DNA of 64,000 nt. It comes from Balanoglossus misakiensis (Eukaryota > Animalia > Hemichordata). The notes under the pieces were generated by a model that saw nothing but the letters and a program-made list of their open reading frames with translations, made no database searches and was not told the origin of the DNA. The stretch lies in the NCBI GenBank assembly GCA_040954595.2, contig CM082577.2, positions 9,201,846-9,265,845 of the forward strand, in the 5' to 3' direction. The position numbers and the translations under genes were made by a program. Shown here one piece after another: positions 1-21,500 of the stretch. Each line of letters starts with the position of its first letter. The first letter of the stretch is position 1.

Positions 1-253
1 TGTTTCATAATTGTCTTGCTTTTTTCAAAATTTACGAGTTACAGGAACCAGTGAAAGGAAGGTTACTGTATTTTCTATATTGAATGAAAACTACACCATA
101 CTGAAATAAACGCCACATAGCTCAGTATCACAACCTGCATGTGTTCTTTATTTTTACAATTTTATTCGCTTCAGCATCTATTAATATGGAGAGTAGGAGT
201 CTGCGGTAGCACATCCCTAGTTGGTCATTTACTTTTATTATCTCAGAAAAAAA

Positions 254-1506
254 TCACCATGGACGCGAATATCCGAATAGCTCATAGTCTAAATCATACA
301 CTTGGTAAACCTTTTCTTTAAGCTCAGATGATATATTTCCGTAAAGGTCCTTCACTTTATCATGAGTTTTGCCTTGCGGGTGTTCACTGGCAGGGAAGCT
401 CACCAAATCGGCAACTTTGGCCAATTTTAGGACAGACCCCGCGTCATCCATCAGTGTTTCGTATTTTCCGATGAAATCGAAATGGATGTGACATGGATTG
501 CACAAAAGGTGATACTGTCTCCAATGTTGATTTAGCGGTTTTCTCTCTACTGTTCTTGGGTCGACTACATGCCGAAGAAATTCCTCGAATCGTACGTCTG
601 TCCCGTCGTTATTGTTTGCCGAACTGTCGTTTCTGTATCGCCTGACTATTTCTTTTCCGTATCGACGAAAGGGGACATTGCTGCGGAATTTACTGAGAAA
701 GGCAGACAGTAATCTTTCCATGGGTTCCCGGACAAAGAAGAATTTGAAGTAGTCGCGCAGGCGCACTTGTATTTCCTCGGCAGAGTACGAATCCAGTCTG
801 CGAATGTAATTGTCGTGGTGTACATGCCGCATCTCCGCCATCGTTTTGTTGGTCTCGTTTCGCAGAATTGCGAGTACCCGTTTCCAGTTGGAACACGCTA
901 CTTTGGGCACTGAACAGAAGAGGATCTTGTGCTTGTCTTCGACATAAAATTGTCCGATGTTCTTCTTGGTGAATTTCTTTGGGAAGAGTTCACAGATTTG
1001 CCGGACGTGTTCTTGTCGCTGCCGTTGTACGTCTCGCTGAAAATGAATATCATATACATTATCAATTTCTTGTGAAATTCGTAAAAATTAAATCTTTCTC
1101 GATTTATTTTTCTTGTCATTGAAATCCAGGCCTTGGCATGGTAAATCGAGTGTGGTTGTGAGCCGCATCAAATGTGAATTATCGTTCACACGAGCGGAGC
1201 CACACGAGGCGATGGGTGTGATGCGGCTCACAACCACACGTGTTGGATATACACGCCCATCCTAACCAAGAGGTGATATCGGGCCGGGGCGAAAACCACA
1301 ATACTTTGTTGTGTACTTACACGACTTAATGAGCCAGTTCTCTTTACGGTTATTCGTAAGTTGGGTAGGGAAACGTTGGAAAGCTCCCCGAAGCGGTAAG
1401 AAAATATGAACCACGCGCCCATGAAGACCAGACCAGCTGCAAACATGACACGTGCAGTCCTTTTCAGATCAGAAGGGCCTTCGTGACCGCGGAACGGACT
1501 GGTCAT
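254..1506 (-). CDS. Carbohydrate sulfotransferase 11-like (Sulfotransfer_2 / HNK-1ST family), copy A, 2 coding exons
   Basis: Exon 1 1506..1321 encodes a type II TM segment (VMFAAGLVFMGAWFIF) and ends CGT|GTAAGT. Exon 2 1036..254 follows a CAG acceptor in frame. Motifs: 5'-PSB VPKVACSNWKR, 3'-PB FVREPMERLLSAF, HW..Y..LC.PC and DFIGKYETL. The start ATG (1506) is a best guess. Confidence 0.88.
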
Positions 1507-2187
1507 TTCCCTGCTGAAACCATAATACCGTACAGGAGCGCATATTTGAATTTGAATAAACGAATACACTTCTTCAAAACAGCAATGTGCAAAAGCCTTT
1601 CAAATTTTAATCAAAAACACTTATTATATATTATGACAAACAATATGAGAGTAAATTTGAAAGCAATCGAACTCCTGTGGCTATATTTTTCGCCACTTTC
1701 ACGAAGACAGTTTCAGAAATATTTTGGAAGAGCCGATGTGATGACGAGCCACTGCCGAGACAACTGCACCTGTTCTTTGAACAATTCCCGTTGCAAGTCT
1801 CTCCTTCATTTGCCTGTGAATGGGGGTCACCAAAATACTTCACCGTAGACAGTGTATGGGCGCATGTACTTATTCGATCTACATGTACATGTACAATCAT
1901 GCTGACGCTATTGTAAATGATTGTTCGTATGTTTTGTTCATAGACAGTAAACAAAAATGGTCGCTACGGTTATCAGAACTACATGTGCTTGAAAATGACA
2001 AGCCTGAAAATACCGTGCAACATACCTGTCAATAAACGTCACCGCGTCGACGTCGTAACAAGTTGAAAACTGCGGTCAAATGATGCATGGTGTCACGGGA
2101 AATCACGTTAGCTGTAATCCCGTTGTTTCTCGCGCGCGCCAGTCCACACAACAAAGTACGTTCTTCTGATGTTTGCCGATATACTGT

Positions 2188-2189
2188 CT

Positions 2190-2233
<44 letters not shown>

Positions 2234-2301
2234 TTTTCTTGCTTGCTTTGTTTGTTTGTGTGTTTTGTGTTTGTTTGTTTGTTTGTTTGTTTGTTTGTTT
2301 G
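2188..2301. repeat. Compound microsatellite (TTTA)n/(TTTG)n between the divergent CHST genes
   Basis: Tetranucleotide arrays visible directly. Confidence 0.9.
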
Positions 2302-2463
2302 TCATTAAAAAGGGGGAGGGCTGTCCTGGCATGCTCGCCCAATTAATAATAATACCTTCCGGTGACTTTTGCATTCGCATATTAATATGCAAACATGCGC
2401 TGACGTCACGGAATGTGAACGAGGGAATTGGTAACACCTCACAACAGTCGCTGTTCACTTGAA

Positions 2464-4413
2464 ATGGACTTAAAAAGGAAGCGCTTAATGTTTGCGGCCT
2501 GTCTAGCCGCCGTGTGCCTGTGGTTTATATATGCGTCGATTTACACTCGACAACCTACCAAAGTCACCGTACCCAGCTTACATTTAGCTTCGAAGAGAAT
2601 TGGCTCAGTAAGTCGTGTAAGTGTACTGTCAATTTAGAATCCATGTGTATAATCAGGGTTTTTTTCTGTGTATAGGACAGAAATTTGTCCATGGCAAATG
2701 TCGACTGTTCTCAATATATATCAAAGCCAAAAATTGCCGGGAACACTTTGGTCGCGTATAGCTATTAGTACAAGTGTCATTTTCTAGGTGGAAAAAAAAC
2801 GCCCAAGCGAGGGTATAAAGAAGATGTCGAAGAGAGAATGATAATAATTATCAATGGGTATTGCAGACATTTCAACAATACAAATGACTGCACATCGCCG
2901 TAAAATTCCTTCAAATGCTTTGCTAAATCATCTCTAGTTTGGTTGGTTGGCCATTGGCTATGATGATGATTTCTCGGCAATGAATTTCACCGTCGGGGAA
3001 AAATACTTCAAAATTGCTACACACTCAGGTATCGTCACGTTTCACATTCTGATTGTAAATTATTGCCACGCCTGTATTATGCCTGCTTTTTTGATTGATT
3101 TTTTTATTTGAATAGATCAGAATAAGTTGTCGGCTGCGCCATTCAATTCGAACGTGTTGTTTCAAGAACTATACTAGTAGTTCAAAAGCATTATCTAACT
3201 ATCTGTAACACACGGTTATTAGTATGGTCAATATTCTGTGATATTTATCTGACTTAGAAAACGCACTGCATTATCGTACAATTAACGCCTGGATTTTATC
3301 AACTAAGTCACATTACATAGACTTGAATTCATCTGAAAATCCGGCAATTTTCACATGAATTTTATATACAATGATCGCCTAAATTTACAAGAATTGGCAA
3401 GTCGAATTCGGCTTTACATTAGACGTGCATTCTTTACATCGACAAGGTGATGACCATCTTTTATAGTAAGACACAATACATGCATTTCTTCATACTTGTT
3501 GATATGGACCGTTCAATCTGTAGGATAATTTTAATACCGTACGACAAAATTAAAAACAGGCGTTCACGTATTATTCCATTTTCAGCAAGACACACAGAAG
3601 CAGCGACAAGAACACGTCCGGCAAATCTGCGAACGTTTCCCGAAGAAATTCACCGAGAACAACATCGGACAATTTTATGTGGAAGACAAGCACAAGATCC
3701 TCTTCTGCTCTGTTCCTAAAACGGCATGTTCCACTTGGAAACGAGCACTCACAACTCTGACAAGCGAAACCAACAGAACGAAGGCTGACACGCGGCGTGC
3801 GCACCACGGGATTTTCATTCGTCGACTGGATTCGTACTCTGCCGAGGAAATACAAGTGCGCCTGCGCGACTACTTCAAATTCTTTTTTGTCCGAGAACCC
3901 ATGGAAAGATTACTGTCTGCCTTTCTCGGTAAATTCCGCAACGCCGGCAATACCTACTTTCCCCGTCGGTACGGTAAAGAAATCATAAGACGGCACCGAA
4001 ACGACAGTTCGGCGAGCTACAAGAACGACGGGACGGACGTACAGTTCGAGGAATATCTTCGGTATCTAGTCGACCCGAGAACAGTAGAGAGAAAACCGCT
4101 AAATCCACATTGGAGACAATATCACCTTTTGTGCAATCCATGTCACATCCATTTCGATTTCATCGGGAAATACGAAACATTGATGGATGACGCGGAATCC
4201 ATCCTGAAATTGGCCAAAGTTGCCGATTTGGTGAGCTTGCCTACCAGTGAACACCCGCAAGGCAAAACGCATGATAAAGTGAAAGACCTTTACGGAAACA
4301 TATCATCTGAGCTTAAAGAAAAGGTTTACCAAATGTATGAATTAGACTATAAGCTATTCGGATATTCGCGTCCGGGTCATATTTTATCTGGGACACAAAC
4401 ACATTCTGGTTGA
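2464..4413 (+). CDS. Carbohydrate sulfotransferase 11-like, copy B, 2 coding exons
   Basis: Exon 1 2464..2616 (MDLKRKRLMFAACLAAVCLWFIY..., donor CGT|GTAAGT). Exon 2 3586..4413 follows TTTCAG in frame. Motifs VPKTACSTWKR, FVREPMERLLSAF and DFIGKYETL. Same intron position as copy A. Confidence 0.9.
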
Positions 4414-5150
4414 GAGACTAGCGATGCGTTTTCCAATGGACGGAAGTACTAGTACACTTTCCATTTTCATGGACTTTCATTTCCTGAGTGCCTGATGGTC
4501 TAGTACCATAACGCGAAGATTTTGAAAGGGCAGTATGTACATTGATTCAACTTTCGACGATTATTTCACTTTTCCGGTCTGAGTTCTTGTTCTACTCGCT
4601 AAATTATTCAGCTTGTCAACAAAGTAAAATTGTGTGTGTATATACGTGTGAAGTGCTGTTGACAATGGATTCACGTCCGAACTTGACATACATATACATG
4701 TACACATCATCAGGCGCCCGTCAAGCATGCCATCACCTGGTATAATGTATTAATTACTGCCACTTGGGGGCGCTGATTCATTTGCGCATGGCAACTCCTG
4801 GTTTGCTTAGATCTGTCAAGGAAAGTACACTGGAGAGGGGGGGGGGCTTTTGAAAAATTAAAACCTACACTACCAGTACATATCCCCCACTTGTTCATGG
4901 TAAGTTTTTTATCACTTCCTATGGGTTACATTCGCTCCCACTTTCAAACTGAATATTCCAATGCCACAGCTAGTATCAGGGTCGAGTGAATTTTGTCAAA
5001 TGAAGACGTTATTAGCCACACATGATAGTGAGTACTAGTTCCACCCATCCCTCCCACTCACAAACAAACACCAACAAAAATATTACAGGTTCCTCATTTT
5101 TTTATTTATTTGATACATGACAAGAGCAGTCCAGCATTTGTTGTAAACAA

Positions 5151-9224
<4,074 letters not shown>

Positions 9225-9537
9225 GTTGAACCGATGGAGGGGAAAAGGACAGATAGGATCGAAAGCGAGGCCACGAGACCTCTCTTACCTCGATCGCGGT
9301 ATAGAAACATATGTTTATGCTAAAACTTTTAAAACCATTATGCAAAGATGGTTGTTCTAACAATATATCCATCTAAACTATAAATATTGATTTTCAAACA
9401 TATTTTGTTTCTTTGCCCCTTACTTTATTTGTTCTCAAAAGCAAATGTCAGACGCTTCGACAGAGGTGCGCCCGATCGCCATCTTGCTGACCTTACTGCA
9501 CGTAGTGTACTGGGATTTTCTTTCCATCAAGATCAAA
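9225..9537. promoter_or_regulatory. RPL3/NDUFB10 bidirectional promoter with TCT/5'TOP initiator and YY1-like site
   Basis: The start codons are about 310 bp apart. A minus-strand pyrimidine tract CCTTTTCCCCTCC (~9248-9236) lies just 5' of the RPL3 ATG, and CGCCATCTTG lies at 9477-9486. Confidence 0.7.
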
Positions 9538-11179
9538 ATGCCTGAACTGGTTGATAATATCGTCAAGGCGTTCACTTATACTGTGGACAGACCAGTAACA
9601 TGGTTTAGAGGTGAGAAAATGCTATTTAATTGGGGCATATTTCGCTTTTATTTTGATTTCGTGCCCGAAGCTGCGTGTTGCCCTGGTCTGGAACTTCTCC
9701 AGACTCCAGTCCGGGTCATAACCCCAGCTGCCCAGACCTACAGCTGCGTGATTTACGCTCTAAAGCATTTTGTAGAAAGGTGTCTTCGCGATAGGAGCAC
9801 GGAAAATGTTATTTTGTGATGTATCACTATTTTTTCACGCCCGTCTATCAGTCTAAAACTAACGAGATTGTCTTCAAAATACCAGTATTATGAACTTGTC
9901 GGACGTGAAAAGCGCCCTCATCATGACGAGCCATGAAATGATACAAACCTTGACAGTAGAAGGACCGCCCACTCCTGTGAAAAAGTTTATATCAGTAAAT
10001 AACTCAAGTTTTCTTTGTTAACTTTGCATATTTCTAACCAGAAAAAATCGAAGCACAGCAGAACAAAAACCAGTATTACTATTACCATAGACGGTATCGC
10101 CGCGTCCCTACTGTGGACCAATGTGATGTGAATGATGTGTTGTGTCTCTATGAAGCTGACATGCAATGGAAAAGAGACAGGTAAGATGAACTTTGATGTT
10201 TTCTGATGATAGATGAAAGTTCTTTCCCATTACAATGAATCAACTGTGTATTTAATTTTTATTATCACGTTTTAGTGGGAAATGTCTCGGTAATTGACAG
10301 AAGGAATTGTCTTTGAAATTTTGAAATAAAAATGCGAATACAAAAATGTAACGGGGGTGTATCGTTACGTTTTGAAAATTGTGATATCATTTTGAACTGT
10401 TTACTTTGCATTCTAAAAACTATCCATCAAACCGTAGCAACAGTGCATGGTTCGCTGTTCTTAACATGACCTTTGTGATATTTCTTTTAGACAAGTAGAC
10501 CAAGAAATTACAAAGATCCTGAGGAAGCGCTTGGATGACTGCTGGGCCCGTGAACAGGAATCTGCAGCACAGAATTGCAAAGGAGTGGCAGAACTGTACG
10601 ATAGAGAAGCCGACCATTACGCCACGAAATGCAAGTAGATTTATCATCCATTCTGACTGAATTTGATGTGACCGTGGAAGGAGTGAAAATCTTAAATATG
10701 TTCACTTCTTTTAATTTGCAGTTTTCCATTTAAAGTAGCGGTGATTTTGTAAAATTTGTTAAATTCACTGTGTGGGGTCTGATAGCTGCTTTTCTGCTAT
10801 CAAATAATGGTTAAAAAATGTAAGCTATACAAAACCATTTCTTTGTCCACCTGAAAGAGTCTAAGTCATACAACTGGATATAATGCATGCGATCAAATGT
10901 TGTATTTGCAGAGAGGCAGTATGGTATCCTAAAAACTATGTGGTGTGTATATTTTGAAGACACTGACCCCTGTAGCTTTGTTGATGGTTTGTGGTAAAAG
11001 TTTTTTGGTTTCTCACAGACCAAACTAAGTAAAGTTTCCCGCCTGTTTTTGACTCCTCAGATGGTGAGCTTGGTGCATTTGGATCGGCCAGGAGATGCCT
11101 AATGAAACAGAAACATCGCATGATAGAAGAGAGGAGGAGGGCCCAAGATGCCAAGAAAAATCCCAGTGATGACGACTGA
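9538..11179 (+). CDS. NDUFB10: NADH:ubiquinone oxidoreductase subunit B10 (PDSW), 4 coding exons
   Basis: Exons 9538-9610, 10042-10180, 10491-10630, 11061-11179. Translation ...[10 protein letters not shown]...[38 protein letters not shown]...[27 protein letters not shown]. Intron 3 has a GC donor. Confidence 0.95.
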
Positions 11180-12913
11180 AGTACTTCGGATAAACGCTAG
11201 TTTTTTTTGCACAACTGAAATACTGTTTCGTTGAAGTTTGACTTTCCCCCAGGAAGCATTGTAGGCTTTCTTGTAAAATGTACCAATTCGATTTGAAAGT
11301 GTGCAACACTGTAGATATGCTAAACAGAGTGTAGAGAGAAATGATTAAATGACCAGTATATCTAAATGCACTGTTAAATGTTCAAGCAAGCAGGCAATTG
11401 AAATTTGGCGTGTGTGAGAGCTGTTCTTTTCGTGTTTGGAGAGTTGGTTTAATAAATAATGAGTTCAAAATTGATGGTTGTTTATCGTGTTTGATCTTTT
11501 ATCCTCATGGCCCTGCTTTTCAATCAGTGTGCCCTCAAACTTAGTCAATATGACGCAAACTCACTAATGACTAATGACATAACATTAGCAATCCATGTAA
11601 CAGGTATAGGGCTGATGCAAAAGAAAGTTTCTTTTAGAAATTCCAAAATAGACTCAAGGTTAAACCCAGACTTCATGTTAGACAGCATGGACACTGGGAG
11701 CTTTCAATGACACTTTATTAGTAAGCCACAATCTTGGGCAGGCATGATGCTTTGTTGGTACTGTGTGAGACGCTGTCTCAAGGCCGGCTATTGGATGCCA
11801 TTGTTGCAAAAGTAAACATGCAGTGATGTGAAGTTGTGGTTTTTTTTTGCTAGATGTGTGGAGCATAGGAAAAAAAACATGAGTCTGGATTCTAGACTAC
11901 TTTGCAACACACAGAGGGCAGCACACTTTGGCATCATCGCACTTCCTCACTAGTCACTTTATACATGGCCATGTCTCATTACCTGTGGTTGGTTGACACA
12001 CAGCTTCACCATACCATTTGTACCAATCAAAGTGCAGCCTGAAGGTCTGGCGAGCAAGATTCAGTGTGAATCGACACTCAAACTCGGATTTTTAACACAA
12101 CATTTTTTTATTTAAATTCATACATAGCATTCCACACTCAAATGTTGATGAATATTGAAAAGGGGAAAAAAAAACTTAAAAGCATACATGATGGACGGTT
12201 GGTTGGTTTCAGACTGTTATGGCGTCTGAGCTATAGTACATAACGATTGCTTGTTCTCACTTCTCAGTTGTGCACGGTGAGAGAAAGTTTGAGCAGACTG
12301 GTGCAAACTGTGAAACCTGGACACTCCCCCCAGGGGGAAGATTGTTTCCTTATTTATTTCAGCCCAGAGGAAATGCGACAGGTTTGTAGAAAGAGTGATA
12401 GAGCTTTGTGGTGCATATAAAATTGAGAAAATCTCATATTTCGATTTTTTTTCACTGCACTCAATGTAAATAGTATCCCAAGATTTAAATAAAAAGGCCC
12501 TGTCAGTCAATAGACACACATATTTTACTCCAACCCACCCACCCATCCCTTTGAAACTAAACTATCACTATCACTGGTATCTAACCAATGGAAGGTCTAT
12601 AAACTGCTGAGTACATACATATATGCAGCAAACCACTTTTTTTTTATTCAGAAATGCACTCACAATAAGATATAAGTCTGGCAGTTGCGTATTTAAAGGC
12701 AAATACACAAACAGATCCCGTGCTATCGTCTACTACTGAGTCGTGATCAAAGTATAATACAAATATTTCCTTCTGTCATAATCGGGTGCTAAAATAACAC
12801 TGACCTATGCGATATTTTTTGTTCATTTTCTTTTTTTCTGCACCTGTTTTTGTTTATCAGGCATTTCATGCAATGTCAATAGTTCTTTGGTAGTATCCTT
12901 TCTCTGGCTTTTT

Positions 12914-16244
<3,331 letters not shown>

Positions 16245-18565
16245 GTTTTCCTCCTGTGTAATGTATGGGGAATCTGAGAGAAAAACATAAAATCAAGAAC
16301 CCACGTCAAAATGCAAGATACGGTCCACATTCGATTTCAAACGGTTGTATCATCTTCTGAAATCATTACTGAGATATCGAAGGCATAAAAAGACACCAAA
16401 TTTCAATGAAAATTTCGCAAATAATTCGTACAAACCTGATAATATAGCTGTCTGGCACTGGATCACTGACTATGGTAAGTGGTGCAGTGTGTTGTGTTCC
16501 TAGGGCACCCTAGCGATACGCACGGAACGTTTTGTTTGCAGTCGTCAGGGTGATGACGTTCTTTTGTTCTCCATTTAAACGTCACGCGGTTGAAACATTT
16601 TGATTGGCTGGTGGAGCAACGCCTGGCGACGACAAGCGCCACCTCGTGGTGGGTTGAAGGGAAAAACAAAAGACCCAAGCAGACGAAAAGTTAAAGTGCA
16701 ACAACCTATAAAAAAAACTCTAGTGAACAAGCAAACCAGCGTAAACAAATACTAGTATGACCGAATGAGTACGAATATACGTTACAGAACGCATTTACTC
16801 TCCGAAAGTCGCCAATTCTTAAACTTAACAAATTTATTTAGCTTTTTACCAAGTATCTCACAGCCTACTATTTGGTTCATTCTAATAATATGAATAGTAG
16901 AGTAGAGTCCATTTGTGAATGACGCGTCAATGAACATTAAAAATGAAGTGTATTATTGTGAAGGCTGGAAGTGTTTATCAAAACAGCACAAACTTTGGTC
17001 AGCAGCAGTCATTGCTAAAATTGAATTTTATCCTTCATTCCCTGAGTATCTATCTCTTCACATTTTTAAAGTGGCCACATTATCTTGCTCTGATCGATCA
17101 CTGACATCAATTTTTTTCATAGTTTGACTAATTTGTCCAACAAGATCAATCAAAACCCTGTCTTTTATATATGAAAGTTGAGAAAACAGCGCCCTCTATG
17201 CATTTTACACACTTCGGGTCTGGACACTCAATCTAGACCGCAACTCTTAACATAAGCACACCACAGAAAGATCAAGGTTTAAAAACTAAATTTATTTGTT
17301 CAAGGGCTTCACACACTTAAATTCATAATAATAATAATATACATTTATGACAATTTGTTAGTTAAACAGCTACATTTCATTACAGTGTGTGAATTGCTTC
17401 TTAAACTTTTTTTTATCAACACATCAACTACAGCCACTTCTTTTTAAAACCACCATATAGTCCACACAATTCAAAAATGCTGATATATTGCTAAAATATA
17501 CACATTTCTTTTGTGATTAGATTTTAGGCACGGTTGCCACTTTCCTAGCAGGCAAGATAGAAAAAAAGAGTTGTATTGTTTGAGGGATGATGTATATCCT
17601 GCAAGAGCATAGGAAGCCCCTCCAATCCACAGTACTTCTATTCATCACTCAACGTTTTCTGAAAAACTAAAAATTTTAATTATATTTTTCCCTAAGAAGC
17701 CATGGTGGATGCAGACTCTTACGGTTAAAACCATCAATGCCATGCAAAATGTTACATATGGCACTACAAGATCAGAAGCACTTCTGACAGAACAGTGGGT
17801 TTGGAAGTTCAATTAACAGATAACAAATATATACACTAAAAATTTCTAAATACATGATTACTGTAACTTAATTATTACAGGTAATTAATGCACTTTGTAT
17901 TGAAGACTTTGAGTCAATAACACTAAAAAGACGTAAATGACAGACTAATATTGACTTACATTTTATGTCGAGAAATTATCTATGAGCCACATGTAATCTG
18001 AAATCCTACAGGGAATTAAAATGTCTCTCATGTCATTGTCAATTCTGCTCTTTTTCAGTGCAACAAAACTTCACACTCTGCAATTCAGCCTGGTAAATGT
18101 CAATTACGACAGAACATTAACAAAAACAGGGCAGTTCTTAAAAAGATATATAATCAGTGATATGTATTGATTGGATCTATTTTAACAGAATACATATCTC
18201 ATAATTGACATCAATCAGTGACTTTACAAGCCATTACATTCATACGTAAATATCACCTGCACACATGGGAATACATGTAAACACGAGCCCACGGAAGTCC
18301 TTTCAAGTAAGATCAAAATGCATGTTTTATGAGTTGCTGTCTTAAGCAGGGGGGATAGCTGAAAAGTGAAAACATGACAATTGGGTTTAAACGTGTTTTT
18401 AAACATGGCGTAGCAACAAGTTGAACCATGTGCAATAATCCTACAGCTGGGTCAGTCGGACAACTTAAAAAAATCTCCATCTCCCTTTGAATGTTTCCAT
18501 GGTAACCGAATATGCATCGGTCCAGCAAGTTTCCGCAGTCCCACTGCGACGGCGTCTAGATGATA

Positions 18566-21500
18566 TCAGTCGTATTCAGAACCGATTGTGATGCTGATTT
18601 CGCCCGGCGCGATGCGAGTGGCGTGGTACCAGATGTTCGTGTCTATGACGACTGAAAAAGATGAAAGTTGAAGTGCAGCAGAGTTACCAGGAGCGTGGTC
18701 TAATTAGCCTGCTTGACATTTGCATCAAAAAACGAAAACCTGTTTAACATTTCAACTGAACATATACTCTTTCAATTTGGAATCTCTCCACTACAAGCAC
18801 TACAAAGGTCTGTCGTGTCAGCTGGTACTTGTACAAAAAGATTAAAACACAATCTTTTCCTCAAATCTCTTCAGTTTGGGGGATCGGATTAAACCCATTT
18901 GATTGTTCACTTTGATGTTGCTATATCTGTATGATATCAATTTCTCACACATCTGCACGCCCGCTTAATTCATACGTCAGAAAATAACATATTGAGCTTG
19001 TGCTGGAGTTACTATTTTTCTTTAAAAATCTACGACACTGCGGGTGCCAATGTCTTGTTTAATTCAGACTAGATCAACACACAGAGAAAAGTCAAGGGTT
19101 ACGTGAGACTAACAGTAATTTCTTATCTTTCGCATTTTACTTCAAGTAATCTCTCAGATGGTTTGATTGATAGCCGACGGATATAACACCAAAATGGCAT
19201 GGCATTTAGATGTGTTCACACCGAGTCCACCATCAATGATTAGCTGCATGATAACATATCTTTATTGTTGGTACTGGATTTGATTTTTGTTTGTTTGTTT
19301 ATCTGTTTGTTTGTTTGTTATACATCTGGAACAAATGCAGATTTAAAATAAATGGTTAAGGGACAATGGATGAAAAATGTAATTCTTGCAATACTGTGTT
19401 GACTATAAGCATCTGATCTGCAGCTAGAAAGTCTGAGCACTGAATTGCATTTGATAACATTGCCTATAAAATCGGAACTCATGAAATCATTGCAATGGAT
19501 ATGCAACACTAGCAAACATCAGATATAATAGCAGTTGGGGTAAATTTTTAATGTCAACATTTGTGTTTTATGATAATCTGTGGACATAGTTTCTTATAAC
19601 ATGCCACGAGAAATCGAGAGCTGGAATTCACTTTGTGTGGGATGTATGCAGTAATTAATTGTTCAATCTTCCTTCCTTCCTTTTTCCTTCCTTCCCTCCC
19701 TCCTTCCCCCTCCTCTCTCTCTCTCTCTCTTTTCATTATCCTTCAATTTACCTAACTACCCTACCTATACCTACCTGTCTGTCTATATATTAGTACCTGT
19801 CTGTCTGTCTGTTTATATAGTGTTTTTCAATCATGATGGAAACATTCTCCTATTTTCTGATCATGTTTGGTTCAATTCATTAGTTTTCTGTGGCGAGTTT
19901 GGACTTACCCCTTATACCTATACAGAGAAATGGAGGGTGTCAATTTTATATTTGTAATTGACAACCTAGATCTGATATTATTTTAATTATACTTTTTCTG
20001 CTAAAACAGAAGAATGCATGATGGCATGCAATGCAGACTGTGCAGAGACTGGCCTTCAAACAACTTCAAGAGTCGTGATTATCACTGCCAGTTTTCTCGC
20101 AGGTTGACTCGTAGTGCGACGTATATCATTTTCTCTCCCCCCAGATGGAACTCTCAATGGCCTCTTTGTAACTGATCTGCACAACCGGAGTAGGGGGATC
20201 ATGCACACGTCTGTCCGTGAAGTGATGACAGCTTGGGCCCGTAATTACACGACTCAGATGACTTCGTACGTAGATGTAGTCAAGTGGATCGAGATCTACC
20301 TCTCTGATCCGTCACTGACGGCCAAGACTTCCCAGCAATCTGTCAAGCCATTTCTGAGTGGAAACTGACCTTTTCAGGAGTTTAGCACCACTTCAGGATC
20401 TTATAACACTATAGCTTGGAAAATTCGACAAAAATGGCTTAACCCTTTCTAGCCTGCCTTTCTGGGAACGTACCCAAATTTCTCCTATATATAGGATATC
20501 CGGCCAGAAATCACGATTTGGCAGAAACTGATTATCTGCCAGAGGTCATTCAGAATTATCTTGTAAGTTTTAACTGCGGAAAGGACCGAAAACTTAGTTT
20601 CACCAGACATTTTTAAAATTTGAAACATAAAATTCCATCATTTTCCCATGAAAATATATAAGGTCTGCAGTTATATTTTTATGCAGAACCCACAAAGTTA
20701 TTATTTTTTTATGTATTAATAAACATGAAATTCCTTATTAAGTATATGATGTCACTAATTTGCAAGGTATAAACTTTCAGGTATTCTACCAGAAATTCAG
20801 ACCTTAAAGGTTAATAACATCTATTAGTGTGTCCTTATCTAGAGGACTAGATGTCACGTCGACAACATGCAGAGATGTGTGGCTGGAGAGTCAGAGAAAG
20901 CGTTAAGGGCAACACTCTTTCCTCCTTAATCACGTCACCTTCACAGGACGTTGCTACTGTCCGGGAGTGTGAACAGATCACTATCACAGACACTTACTTA
21001 TATCTCCTTTATTGACAGTGATTTCCAGAGATTTGCAGACGTCTTCACACTCCGGGGGCGGGATCAGCGTCCAGGTTTTCTGGCCGGATATCTGCGCTTG
21101 CCAGGACGGTCTCTGGACAAAGTCGAGCTGGAAAAAAATAACACAAAAATCCCAAAGCAAATGTCAAACATAGTACTGTAAAACACTTTTTTTTCGCGAG
21201 TCAAAATTTTCGCGATATCGAGAGAGGCCACTGTTATGCGAGTATTAATTTTCGCATTTTCACACATTGTTCTTTCACAACTATATGTACACGAGTCTTT
21301 ATTTTCGCATTTTTTTTTTTTTGGCTCTCGCGTATTTAGCATAAATTTAATGCTCGCGAAAATAAAGTGTTTTACAGTACTACCTTCCAATATTTGGCAA
21401 TGATTTGTTATCTCGTCAATACTATTTTGTTAGTTATATATTCACAATTCCTAACCACACAGCTTGATTCTCTCTTGTCAGTATAAGTGACACTCCGTGC

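Noticed and set aside
4700-4740. Minus-strand GTGATGG...TTGACGGGCGCCTGA resembling the U43/SNORD43 guide
   Set aside because: It lies outside RPL3, downstream of its poly(A) region. The C box is imperfect, the guide is one base out of register, and no terminal D box or stem was found. Probably chance.
18440-18568. About 40 open codons after the JmjC TGA (readthrough or selenocysteine?)
   Set aside because: No TGA-CTAG context or recognisable SECIS, and the cupin fold appears complete at GSEYD.
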